Positions 51,101-61,590 of a stretch of DNA of 64,000 nt are shown here, in pieces; position 1 is the stretch's first letter, and each line of letters starts with the position of its first letter. Source of the stretch: Mytilus edulis (taxonomy: Eukaryota); assembly GCF_963676685.1 (NCBI RefSeq), contig NC_092355.1, forward strand, positions 18,042,001 to 18,106,000, given 5' to 3'. The position numbers and the translations under genes are program-made. The notes beneath the pieces were generated by a model that was not told the DNA's origin, made no database searches, and worked only from the letters and a program-made list of their open reading frames with translations.

Positions 51101-53884
51101 AGATCTGTTGCTCAAGAGGAAGTCATGGACATTTTGGGACTTATTCATGAGCGAGACAAAGCGGCCACCACGATACAATCCCGATATCGTGGTTACAAGG
51201 ACCGCAAAGAATATAAGCGTATTAAGGTAAATGAAAAGAAAGACGATTCTCTGACATTCCTTCAAGCTAATTTCCGTGCTTTTTTAGCGCGTAAAGACAT
51301 TAATAAACGTTTACTAATGGAAATGCGAAAACTTGATACTCCTGTAAATAGGCAAGGTTACTCTGATTCTGTTGATAAGGTGCAGGCTAGTTTCCATGGA
51401 TTCCTATTAAGAAAATTAGCTTTTCCTAAACTTCATCAAATACTGAAAAGAGATGACTCAGCAACTGAAGTGCAGGCAGCCTTTAAAGCATACGTTGAAA
51501 GGTGGCACATACGGCGAAGAAGGGTTTCTGCCCTTGCTAGGTATCATAAAGCAGCTTCTGAGCTTCAAATAAATTTCTCAAGCTATTTGACGAGAAGAAG
51601 CATTTCTGCAAACATGAGTCGCAGAAACAGTTCGGCTTCAAAAATCCAAGCTGGTGTAAGAGGCTATTTTGGTAGAAAAGGATACCTACAGCAGAAACAG
51701 GCTGTTACAAGAATACAGTCTGGTTATCGTGGTTACAGAGCAAGACAACAATATGAAAGCCTGGCACAAGAAAGGAGAAGTTCTGCTGCTGCTACGATTC
51801 AGTCAAATTTCAGAGGTTTCAAAGTAAGAAAAGACATTCAATTGAAAACCAGAAATTTGGCTGTGGAGCAACTTCAAGCATGTTTCCATGGTTACTTGCT
51901 TCGTAGAGATGTTCACAATAGAATCAAGCAGATAAAAGCAGAAGAAATGCAAAAAGCTGCTGTAAAAATTCAGTCAAAGTTCCGTGGATATTCAGAAAGA
52001 CACAGATATGATGTGATGAAAAGAAATCATGTAAATGAAAATCGTAGGATAAATGCTGCTACCGAAATTCAGGCTCATTTCCGTGGGTATCTGAGTCGTA
52101 AAAAAGCACACAGGAAACCAAGACTATATTCTTCTTATTCACAAAGAAGCAATATCGGTGACAATTCCCCTCTGTTTGTAGAGGGAAATGCAGTTAGGTT
52201 TGATCTGCAAACAACTGGAAGTATAAGTTCTTCCAGGCCTCGAACTGGCAGACTGCAAGCATCGTTGTCAAATATAAGTCGTGAACAAACTTTTGATATT
52301 AAAAATGAACCTTTTGTTCCCCCTAACGATGATTATGAGTTTAGATCTATGGCACGTTCCACCACAGCACATGTAGATTCCTTTTCACACTTACAAGAAA
52401 GTTTTCGTAGTTTATTATCTAGACGTAGAAAATCCACTAAACCATCCCAGCAACTTTTTCATGAAAGAACACAGTTGAAAGCATTATCACAATTGCAAGC
52501 TTGCTTTAAAGGTTTTCTCACTCGCAGGTTAATATCTAGAATGTGCCAGTATGACAGAGACCGAAGCCCAGTCACTAGTTCCCCAAAACATCCCTCACCT
52601 GTTCCCATGTTAACAAATCCTGATGAAATAAGGGTTAGTGGTTCCTTTCAACACCCAAAACAGGAAGTACAAAGTCCCATAATGCCTTATAATTTTAATG
52701 GAGAAATGGTCAATTTTGTTGAAGATGATATCCCTGTCAGGTCCTCTTACCATCGTCAGCACAGTGATGTTGGAGGAGGACAGGAACCAGTTGATGTCAG
52801 TAAGGAAGAGGTACCAGTGCAGTATGTCATGAGAAGTAGGTCAAAAGTAAGCGCAACTGACACACATCGTTCTTCGGTGAAGCAAGACGACAAACCTGTC
52901 CAGTATCTGTATCGCAGTCGTGAATCAACACAACATCAGACTCCTCATTCCAAATACGGAAAAAGTGCTAGTCGAAATCGATACGAAGAACCATCCCCAG
53001 TTCAGTCACATGATGAGGAACCCGTAAACACTGTAGTTTCAGAAAGGAGAAGATTTGAGGAACCTTCTCCTATTCAAAGCTCTGCTAGCCCAGTTTTAAG
53101 TAAAAAGAGGTATGATGAGCTTTCTCAGATGAATGACAATACAAATACACACAGGTTTGAAGAACCTTCTCCTACGAACAACAATACAAATTTACACAGG
53201 TTTGAAGAACCTTCCCCACTGGTTCATGACCAAGAAAATGTTGATACACCATTACCAAATAAAGATGACAGCAGATATGAGGAACCATCCCCATTTTTTC
53301 CAGATGAAAAAGTTATAAATGATACAGCAAGTCAGTATAGAAGATATGAGGAGCCTTCTCCATTTTTGGATAATAACCAAGTACCTGTCTCTGAAATTGG
53401 AAGTTCTGGTAAATTTGACGTTCACACTTCAGAAGACTATGAGAATCCTAATGATATTATCACACACCGTAGCAGATTTGAAGATCCATCTCCCAGCGAC
53501 ACTGTAAATCCTGACATCGAGTACCCAACCAGCCCGAGGGACACACTTCATGACCTGCCGAGTGTAGATAAATTCCGAAATCCATCCAGAATTACACACA
53601 ATTCTAGTGAAAGTGAATTATCAATAGAAACATTTTCTCGTAAACTAGTCAATGAGATTCAGTCTAGTGCTTTACTAAAAGACGAGGCTGTGATCATTCT
53701 TCAAGCAGCATTCAAAGGATTCATCTTACGTAATATGTCACATTCTCGTCGTCTTAAAAAACTCTCAAAGATGGATTCCGGTGACAAAACCATTTTTGAT
53801 GAAACAGCTGTACCCTTTTTACAAGCTGGATTCAAGGGATATCTTACCCAGAATAGGAATGTACAAAGCCCTCCAGAAATGTAA
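45122..53884 (+). CDS. Giant (8763 nt) IQ-motif-rich coding exon of the DCDC2-like gene, about 40 IQ/IQ-like motifs, ends at TAA
   Basis: tctttttccaaag acceptor in phase 0, 73 codons upstream of the ORF-track start (which is a GTG). IQxxxRGxxxR motifs occur throughout. No ASH or calponin-homology domain was recognised, so this is not called ASPM. Confidence 0.88.
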   Translation, partial: AATKIQANYRGHQARKEVNDLKTKKETDEKKKKEDELRAKAAKEENQAATKIQAGFRGHQARKEINQKKQVRDVKNTKEDAAAIKIQSSYRGHKARKEIADKKVKRTEKNTEEEVAVTKIQAGFRGHKARQEINQKKQQRTETKNEEEKAATKIQAGFRGNQARKEIDLKKKEKVKNEEEEKAATKIQAGFRGHQARKEVKKKKVFCDNHDKQLSNNLLNVDDLAENGEFNEQSESTKSVKILAQIESTNSPSILDKSESTKSPSRLSKSERTKSHLSFSKSNLSSHNVNDQIAPLDSSMSKTVSNISQKSKRSRGGTHVDLRESEGIGTSVDSFSPKGYQSDRETVNKEETKVSDDINLIENQTEAQNESCDKTLKKENSQGSNIVGCSLQSSESTVDSHCDEVKLDGKNSMENLTLSQENSQNLRLPMESRQNVIFPKENSQNLTLPKENSQNLTLSKENSQNLTLPKENSQKLTLSKENSQNLTMSKENSKILTISKEKSQDITLSKENSQTLILSKENSKHLSKSKEESVPLMLPKQNSQIVISHKENKPDLKLPKLLSCKAVTFVDDKKMHIKRSSFNLDPLIPANIEDIKLALRRSKTFGKMSDLRIQNLEVLNNSRLPIVILPKSLSFAEDSLKCDKLGTIEKTDNGNLDSSRCKSAEAIPAFLGSMIKHHTFPEMLESDMEKMFPIFVARSKRHKSFPYFEVRKSDNSNMEGLRSATDSQASEPLDGDDFIDTDLHTRSPGDGESLTVNFEYDNSGRMEVDSRCGKLSNLGHLGSFGDSDTLDTESILKTSRTGTFDESVEIDWKKKDTSLLREIEDESIELELIKIKHSATTYLQAGVKGHLSRSYAVQKMKFQNNSDEVTVLQAAVRGMILRKHLEFHTFDDDTEVEAICQNDAAVKIQAVFRGYRVRKMDKVRIQDKKLHVKKQVTFGSVSRIEIINGECKRDLTVIGKEIEDEDSVIKKINEDFEGTKTIPDDKEKQTPISIENTTATQIQIAYRKHKKTKTEQKLSFIENAAATKIQNAYKKHKGNKTEPKPSLIENAAATKIQIAYKKHKQYQTKRELSLNQNAAAAKIQKAYKSHKRNKTENKAATKIQNAYKKHKQNTTEPKRSLIENAAATKIQNAYRKYTLNKTEQQYVVCTIIQASCHAYLSRKKGFDWLKQNEKSDDTLAIIRKNFKSKHLCKQESENWEKEVIDSAVTDVQNVHSKQLKTEDQSLYKSKAAVIIQKHFRGFHIRKGYVKQRERADWASRIIQRAFKQLILKKELERKEKAATVIQSKYKGFIARKQYRKQKEKKEKAKVLILKSLKAWLVFKKHVKKTEAVTALSASVRGKISRLNHRTKMDEQKAAKVIQTAFKKYRSNLEMIKHDLNVEAIDVVGLIIGSSYSCYERQVEHEIEVRDSAAVVIQSHFKGYRSRVKYQHMKREAAAIVIQSQYKGHRSRVNYKHIKSESAAMVIQSKVECEIKQKAAILIQSQFRGFRSRVKVTKKKLENSATVLQAAFRGKLCREQISKDEKFLAKACKVSKDQHHSAVKVNFTKSKNKPQLTEKRLNAAITTLQAAYAAHQTRVQYKKQFREINPDSARYLISALEGVLSQQNDTCNISIDLEDKKGEHCRNSVSVSSSLESGFVTGRSESKEAEGLSDFKIVPYPFEDKAEVDNLHDNPDSKLSSAKLPIFDSASVTLSSETKSKLKSPRSNDRSNHMSSKPVYKVAKSFTRSIDKLSVIKEENPPPKREIVSESSKHDLENETKLSTENTDKQISKENKQECENQNTNENEKSVSLDLELLKIEQDVTISTDTVDTGINKQNQSEVSQNEVKPNKSAHEAAVVIQASYKAHRANIEKEKLEIPNTIIILKNQQNKNSMFSVDSIEYYIHSHLQATVRGYLSRVGLVNYGALNYRPSVKSKQKETIWFVSKLNSIQNGGGRIHKVKDRDRNNKYFNEFQTKRLDGKTEAITAIQAAARGFLVRRRIEKRENTRQLLTLRSVAQEEVMDILGLIHERDKAATTIQSRYRGYKDRKEYKRIKVNEKKDDSLTFLQANFRAFLARKDINKRLLMEMRKLDTPVNRQGYSDSVDKVQASFHGFLLRKLAFPKLHQILKRDDSATEVQAAFKAYVERWHIRRRRVSALARYHKAASELQINFSSYLTRRSISANMSRRNSSASKIQAGVRGYFGRKGYLQQKQAVTRIQSGYRGYRARQQYESLAQERRSSAAATIQSNFRGFKVRKDIQLKTRNLAVEQLQACFHGYLLRRDVHNRIKQIKAEEMQKAAVKIQSKFRGYSERHRYDVMKRNHVNENRRINAATEIQAHFRGYLSRKKAHRKPRLYSSYSQRSNIGDNSPLFVEGNAVRFDLQTTGSISSSRPRTGRLQASLSNISREQTFDIKNEPFVPPNDDYEFRSMARSTTAHVDSFSHLQESFRSLLSRRRKSTKPSQQLFHERTQLKALSQLQACFKGFLTRRLISRMCQYDRDRSPVTSSPKHPSPVPMLTNPDEIRVSGSFQHPKQEVQSPIMPYNFNGEMVNFVEDDIPVRSSYHRQHSDVGGGQEPVDVSKEEVPVQYVMRSRSKVSATDTHRSSVKQDDKPVQYLYRSRESTQHQTPHSKYGKSASRNRYEEPSPVQSHDEEPVNTVVSERRRFEEPSPIQSSASPVLSKKRYDELSQMNDNTNTHRFEEPSPTNNNTNLHRFEEPSPLVHDQENVDTPLPNKDDSRYEEPSPFFPDEKVINDTASQYRRYEEPSPFLDNNQVPVSEIGSSGKFDVHTSEDYENPNDIITHRSRFEDPSPSDTVNPDIEYPTSPRDTLHDLPSVDKFRNPSRITHNSSESELSIETFSRKLVNEIQSSALLKDEAVIILQAAFKGFILRNMSHSRRLKKLSKMDSGDKTIFDETAVPFLQAGFKGYLTQNRNVQSPPEM
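46362..46780 (+). repeat. Coding 30-bp minisatellite (KENSQNLTLS/P repeats)
   Basis: Repeated ggaaaatagtcaaaatttaacattg(t/c)ccaa, degenerating toward both edges. Confidence 0.9.
52979..53494 (+). repeat. Dispersed coding R[YF]EEPSP motif repeats
   Basis: About seven RYEEPSP/RFEEPSP/RFEDPSP copies in the translated C-terminal region. Confidence 0.85.
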
Positions 53885-56851
53885 AATGTTGCTTCACTCT
53901 AAAAAGTATTTTGGGTGGGATTTTCAATTAAAAATTTTTTACTTTTCAAAAATATCATTCCATGGAAACTATCCCTTATCCTTAAATCAAAGTAAATTTG
54001 TCCGCTTTGAACCCTAACTTTTGATATTGTACAGTCTAACCATCTGTATTAGCATTAGTAGCATGAACATTGTTATGTTCAGTAGTAGCCAAATGTCATG
54101 CTGGCACAATCATAAGATCTTGTATATAGTCAGTTCTTCTCTCATGTATATATATAATGGCATAAAGTTGCCATAGTGCATTAGCCTATATATAATCATT
54201 TATATCTCCTGGCTTCTGGATTCTTTGAATGCATTCTATACAAATCATAATCGTGAATATAAAATGAAATTCTTGTTTTCTCTACAAACTTTTCACACGT
54301 GGTGGTTGGAACATTCCATTATTATATATTATGGAAACATTTTCTGCACGGTGGTTTCAATTCTTATCTGATATGAACAAGCAATTAATTTTCCATCAAA
54401 TCAAAATAGTTTTAGTGAAAAAATAATTTATTTTCACTTGAATAAAATAAAACAAATTTTAAAAATATGGAAGATTTCTGTTATTTCTATTTCCGTTATT
54501 GGTCCATAATCAAACATGATTAAGTTGACATATGCAGCTTTGTATTACTTAAACAAATGTGAAATGTATTTAGTTTGGGAATAATATTAGGAATAAAATT
54601 GAGAATGGAAGTTAACACTCTATTTGATTCATTATTTCAACTTGAAATGAGTTATAAGTAGTAAAATATTTTAATTTTGAAAAGGCATAAATATTGTGTT
54701 AGATATTGAGAGTAATGAAATTGTTAAATCATTGCAGTTGACCAAGGACGTATATTATGTTAGTTATATGTCCTTGAGTTGACGTATAAGGATAATCCAA
54801 ATACATCCAAACCCCTTGTTTGCCTTCAATTAAAAATCTTATTCATTTCTATAGACATGGTGACTAAAAATTCCATTTTCAAAAAAAAAAACTTTGTATT
54901 TTTTTAGTTCATTTTCCATAAGTATCCCCCCCCTTTTTTTAATTCATGCCCAACTAAAACTTGTTTGAGTCATTTAGTCTTATTTGATATGCCCACTTTA
55001 TGAGTTCACGATACCAAAGAAATAAATGATAGGTAACAAAAAAATAAGACTTTGGAAAGAAAAATAAAAACTTTAGAAGCTTGTTCATAGACTAATATGG
55101 TAGTGGATATTGTACATTATGAAGCTGCAGTTCGTTATATATCAGGGTTTTCAGCAAGATCACGCTATCACTGCTAATATTGCTAATCATTTTAGACACA
55201 TGTTGTACACATTTCTGTTTAGAGTGAAAACTGGTTCAATAATTTTATATATCATTCCAAAACAATTTTAAAGTCCTAATTTTTTCATTTAGAATTAACT
55301 TTGTACATGAATATTTGATATGTTTCTCTAGCTCTGATGAGACAATTCATTTTATGTTATACACTTAAGTGAAAAAGCATTTGCATATAATAGAAATCAA
55401 AACTTTTTGTTTGCCTATGCTAACAAAAGATGGGAATTTTGTTTGTAAGGGGAGATAACTCAGATAATTTCTCTCTCAAGAAAAACTATCACTTACAAAG
55501 CTATTTATTTAAGGAAATATTATATCTTTAATAGGTTTTTCATAGTTCAACTTTTCATGACAAATTACTGCTATTCATCACATTTCATGATTTCAATGTA
55601 AATATACCATTTTATTTTTCAAGGTCAAATAGTTATCAAAGGTACCAGGATTATAGTTTCATAAACATGAATTTTTGTAAATAGTAATTGAACCAGTTTC
55701 ACAATACAATTCTGTGGCACACTAATTTACCCGTTTACCCCACATTGTTAACAATATATGTGTGTTAATTTTTAAAAATAGATGTGTTTCTATCATACCA
55801 AAGAATATTAATTTTGTGTATTATTTATATATGTGCCATAGAAACATGAATGTGTATGTTATTTGTGTATATTAGTTGGAAAAACTTCATTTTATTGCAT
55901 TGTAAAATGGTGGCTTTCAGTGGTTGAGATTCAAAACTTTTTAATTGTAAAAAAATAATTTTGCACTATAAAATGTGAGATATATGTACAGAATTTCTAA
56001 ATGAAATTCATTACTTTGTCATTGTACATATTTGATCTTTTTGTCACCTTAAAACTTGAGATATATGCACTGAAATTTTAAATGCCTGTAAATATTTCTT
56101 GAATCTCAACCACTGTGCCACCTGCAGCAGCATAGAATCAAAGCATGTACCTTGTGTCTTTCTAGGAGAACATCCTTTACCCTATACAATGTAAATAGAA
56201 ATCATTGCATGGAACGTGTTATAGATTTGAATCGCATGTAAATTAGCTTTGAAGATTTTTGAATTGTATATTTTATCAAGAACCTTTTACATATGCTTGC
56301 CAAAATGGCTGCTGTTGTCTCAAAAATGACTAAATGTGCTATCTGTTAGGCCTACATCAGTGTCATGGTAAAACTTGTATTCAAATTAAGCAAGTGGTTG
56401 TTTAAAACGTTTGAACAACCCTTTAAGTTCTACCAGAGCAATTTATAATTACCTGTTTCAGAATCTAATGCATTCTGGATAAGATTTTCAAAAGTGTACG
56501 TTGTGGTTGGTTAAAAACGTCCTAAACAAAGGAAATTCAACCAATGATATGACGTTATTTTCATTTCGGTGTACGAACTATGAGATTACCCATAGTCCTT
56601 TAGGTTCTGAAAAGGTGAATTGTAAATAGTTTTTATATGATGTTGACCTCATTTTGATAGACTTCAGTCACTTTTGAGATAATGGCAGCAGTGATAGCTA
56701 GTAAAGTACCTTGCAGTTGCCTTTTTTCAATAGAAATGCATATTTTATAGCTTGTTATAGTGTTTGGTGAAATAATTGTATATTGACATATATATATATA
56801 TAAAACAATACTTGAAAATAGTTATAATACATTTTTTATTATGCTTTTTAG

Positions 56852-56896
56852 TCATCAGTAATAGCTAACGGAAAACCTAACGGGATTGCTCATATA
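56852..56896 (+). CDS. 45-nt cassette exon (SSVIANGKPNGIAHI)
   Basis: gctttttag acceptor, ATA|gtaagt donor, phase 0-0, open. Usable only by isoforms that leave the giant exon at an internal donor or skip it. Confidence 0.55.
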
Positions 56897-59800
56897 GTAA
56901 GTACAAGAGCATGTCAATATCACACGTTCATGAACACATGTAAACGTGTACAGTCATGTTAGCATCTAAATATACATATTGTTTATGTTGTGTCAAATTT
57001 AGACATAGGCACTTAGATGCATCAATTTTGAAATACCAATGAAAATGAAATAATTTGGCCAGGTTAAATGATGGTCATTTCATCCAATTAAAGAAATTAC
57101 CTTTTCTTCAATAAGGGTCAAAAGGTCATCAGTCCTTATTTGCATGAGTTGATTATGTTCAGAATTGGTGAATATCAAGTAGCCTACAGTATTTAGATGT
57201 AATCACCAAACAATTGTTATATCATTTACCCAAATGTAAAAAAAAATAATTCCAGTCAGATGTATAGATTTGTGTATGAAACATTTTATGTTTCATTATT
57301 CCCTTATCATTACACTGCATCAAAATATACCATTGAAACATCATCTGATTCAAGTTCATCATGACTTGCAATTTCAAGGGTATATTTTGATGTAGTGTAG
57401 TGTAAAAAGTATACTGAAATTTCAAAAGAGAATACATTTTGGCAGAAGAAACATTATATGTGCATCAGATGATGTTTTTCATGCTACGCTGCTACTAAAA
57501 AAAAAATCAATGAGGCAAGAAATCTAAAACTTTTTTTATATTTTTTTGATTCAAGAAATTGCTATAGATTTATAGATTTATTGATCTTTTGGTGTTACTT
57601 GAAATTGTGTCATTGTATGCATGTATATATATGTATATCTATTGTGTTTTTTTATATTATTGAATTTCATATGAAAATAGCATGATTATATGATTGTAAA
57701 CTGTACACTATCTAGTGAGAATTTGTTATTATAATGTAGATAGAAAATAATGAATGGTTACTTGTATATCAAAGTATCCTGTTATGTAATATGAATTAGC
57801 CTTTTTGTATAATATAATGGCCGATATATATAACTATGTGTGTTTTCTGTTGCAGACGAATAAAATGTAGGGTCACAGTTTTTTAAATAAAAATTTCACA
57901 AAAGTTAAAACTTTTAAGACAGCCTAAAATGTTTAGGCTGTCTTAAAAAAAAGGGTCAGAAAGGCAACAGGAAACACACATTTTTTTTTTCTTTGGCCTA
58001 TTTTATTTGTATTTATTTTAAGGGGTAAGTACAGCCTTGTTGATTATTTGATTATTTACTCTAATTTGATGTTGAAGGAAAATTTGAAATATTGAAATAT
58101 TTAACTATTTATATTTGCGGAATTATATATATTATTTGCATCGTTGTTTTATTTATGAAAATGTGAATTGTTCTCAAGTTGCAAATTTGTCTACAAATTT
58201 TATCATGTTAAAAATAAAATGTCTTTCTTTTCTGGCACTCGTGTAAAGTTAAAAGTTTAAGAAAAATGTAAATTTGATCATATTCTGTTATTCCATATTT
58301 AAAAATTGCGGTTTTAATTCCATTTTACAGAATTCGTGATCTGTATAAGGTAATATTTGTGTATATATCTATACAGAAGGGTAGTTTAGCACAAGGCCAG
58401 GCTTTTTCTAGACGTGAAAGGGTTCACTAGAGTGCCATTTTATTATGTATCACTCTTAACATTCCAATAGCTAATAGTTGAACAAAGAAAAATATTTAGA
58501 ATGGCTAGGTTAGAGATTTTAGAGAGAAATTAGAGGGAGATAACTCATATTTGCTCGATTCGTAGAAAGCTTGTTTTACACTGAGGTGAAATTCACTGTA
58601 GAAAACCAATCAATATTGCTTGCAAATTAGGGTTACTTGAACAGTGAACTATTTTGTGTTTGGTAATATTGGTAGATTTTCTAGTATGAATATAAATGGT
58701 GAATTTAAACTTAGTGTATTGCAGATAATTTTTGGCAGAAAATTTTATTTTTGCTTGGCATAAATTATCATTCATATATTTTATATAGTGTTGGATTTGT
58801 TAGAGTTATTATGCATATTGTAAAAAAAGTAGCAATATTTGTTATATATTGTGCTAAATTATGTATATATGTATATTATATTGTGTATTATGTATTTATT
58901 GTTATTAGATCATACTATTTGTTATTGTGAAGAAATAAGTGGTCAGTCTTATTATCCTATAAGTAGTATGTTCTGTAAAAACTTTTGTTTAAAGAAATTG
59001 AAGTTTTATATATTTAATCTCAATAGGAAAAATACTTTAAAACACCAAATTATGTTTCATTTTATATTCAATTTCAGCTCATTTGTCTAAAAAACTAAAT
59101 TTATGTACTTTTTTTTTCGTCAAGATATCTAAAATGTATTTGAAAAATGCATAATTTCCCTGACTCAGAATTCAAATTTATGACAGAGTTATTTCCCTTC
59201 CTTAAAAAAAAAATATGCTAAAAATGATTTGATAGAAAATATTGCTAGGATGCTGTTTGTATACTAACAATGTGCACAAATGGGGAAACAGGTTATACAG
59301 CACTGTGTAAAGGTTTGGGTCATTGGCAGTTACAATAAGTCACACTTCAGTTTCTATATTGACCATAACATTTCCATAATTATTTAGACAGAATATAAAA
59401 AAGATGTAGTATGATTGCCATGGCGACAAATCTCTATGGGAGACCAAATGACACGGAAATTAACCCCTATGAATCACATAACGGCCCTTAAAACGTAATT
59501 TAAACGTTTAGCTGACTTTACAGAGTTATCTCCCTGTAGTGTTAGGTACCACCTTAAAAAGGTGTTTTTTTTTAGATGAATTACATGAAACAAAGGTTCC
59601 AAATCCCTTTGTTAAAGTTGACTGATTGATTGATTATGGATATTCTTTGTTAAGGTCATATAGCTTCTAATGTTTCTACATATTCTACATCCTGTGCTTC
59701 AAATGTTTAGGTTTGATCTACAAGTTGTAGATAAATAAAACCCTCAAATTGTTTCAGAGGCAATAAATTGATAAATATAAAAATAAGAAGTTGTGGTATG

Positions 59801-60963
59801 ATTGCCAATGCGACTACTCTCCATCAGAGACTAAATGACATAGATATTATCAGCTCTTGGGCATTGTATGGCCTTCAACAATGAGCAAAACCCATGTCAC
59901 AGTCAGCTAAAAAGGCCCCTAAATGAATTATAGTTGCCATTTCGATATAGGTACTGATGTTGCCTAGAATATAAAAAAAATAAGATATATTATTTATAGA
60001 AAAAATTAGATGACAATCTCATAGTGTCCTTAAATAATCTGTAATAATTTGAATTGTATACCTGTTTCCATCTCAAAAAGTGTTTGTTTGTCAACAATGT
60101 TATAGGTCACACATTGGAATGATTGTTGTATTCATGTTTTTGTTTACTTGTTTACAATGCATGTTGCACATTTATCTGCATTTTGATTGTTAAATATATG
60201 TGAACTAGTTAAAACGCATTCTAGGCTGGACTTTAAAAAGGTGCAAAACAATGGCAATCTTTAATATGAGAATTTATGTTCACATGTGTGCAGTCAAAAT
60301 GTAGATGTTGTCTTGTTTTTCATGCATTTTTCTTTTTCAGAATTCGGTTTTTCAGTATTTGATGAAGTTATACAATTTCAATAGGATTATCAGAGAGATA
60401 AAATATAATCTAAATGTTTAAAATGATAAAATATGTTATATATCGAGAAAAAAAAATTGAAGAATTAAGTTTCCATAAAAACATATGTATATTTGCATTA
60501 AAAATTCTTTAAAAAAAAATAATTTAATAATTTTAGAAGTTAAATGAAATGCAATTCTCTTTTCCGTACACAGCATACTAATTTCATGAGCAGTCATTTA
60601 TTTAGATGCATTCACGTTTTCAAAAAATACATTCATTTCATCAAGTAACATAGGGGAGATAATCCATCATTTATCTCCATTTGATTCTGTAAGATTAATT
60701 ATCTCTTAAATTTAACAAAACTAATTTCTCCAATTATTAGCGATCACAAATACATTTACATTTAGTCTCCATTTCTTTGTGTTTGTACTGGCTAATAGTT
60801 GGAGAAATTTATTTTCTGAAAATTAAGATAATAAATATCAAAGAACCAAGGGAGATAACTTATGAATTATCTCCCCTATATTACTTGGTTTAGTGAATTG
60901 ATGATGTTTCATTCTATTTATTTAAATATTATATAGTAATTTTACACCTTTTTATAATCACAG

Positions 60964-61590
60964 GACTCAGATGCCAGTGGACAGAACAATTCTGGAACTG
61001 TTCCCCCACCTATGCACAATGCACGTCCTGCACCTAATGGAGCAAAGCCAGGGTCAACAGATTCTAAACCTGATACCAAACCCACCCCAGGCACTGATGC
61101 CAAAAATACACCAAATGTAAAAGACTCTAAAGAATCTGATCCCAATAAAAAGACTGATGTGATGGCAGGGGGTGCTGTGAAAACTTCTGGACCAGACACC
61201 AAACCAGCAGACCCTAATGCTAAACCGTTGGCGGGTCCAGATGCAAAACCTTCTGGTCCAGACAGTAAACCTCCAGCTAGTGATAGTAAAAAGCCTCCTG
61301 TTGGTGACAGCAATCCAGCAACAGGGGATAATAAACCCCCAGCTGGAGATAAAAAGCCACCTCCTGGGGACAGCAAGCCCCCTGTTGGGGATAACAAACC
61401 CCCTGTAGGAGATAACAAACCCCCTGTTGGGGATAACAAGCCCCCTGCTGGGGATAACAAGCCCCCTGCTGGAGATAACAAGCCCCCTACTGGGGATAAC
61501 AAGCTCCCTGCTGACCCTAACAAACAGCCTACTGATAATAAGCCCACAGCTGGTCCAGATTCTGGGCCTGATAATAACGCTAACACTTAA
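60964..61590 (+). CDS. Alternative terminal exon, Pro/Gly/Asp/Lys-rich with (GDNKPP[AV]) heptad repeats
   Basis: tttataatcacag acceptor in phase 0, 16 codons upstream of ORF 61012..61590. GC-rich coding composition, TAA stop, AATAAA at 61598. Confidence 0.75.
   Translation, partial: DSDASGQNNSGTVPPPMHNARPAPNGAKPGSTDSKPDTKPTPGTDAKNTPNVKDSKESDPNKKTDVMAGGAVKTSGPDTKPADPNAKPLAGPDAKPSGPDSKPPASDSKKPPVGDSNPATGDNKPPAGDKKPPPGDSKPPVGDNKPPVGDNKPPVGDNKPPAGDNKPPAGDNKPPTGDNKLPADPNKQPTDNKPTAGPDSGPDNNANT

Noticed and set aside
45341-53884. Stand-alone 2847-aa gene or ASPM orthologue
   Set aside because: The ORF start is a GTG, the frame is open upstream to a splice acceptor at 45121, and no ASH or CH domains are recognisable.
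60341-60420. Strong acceptor tctttttcag
   Set aside because: No convincing in-phase donor, and the downstream sequence has AT-rich intron-like composition.
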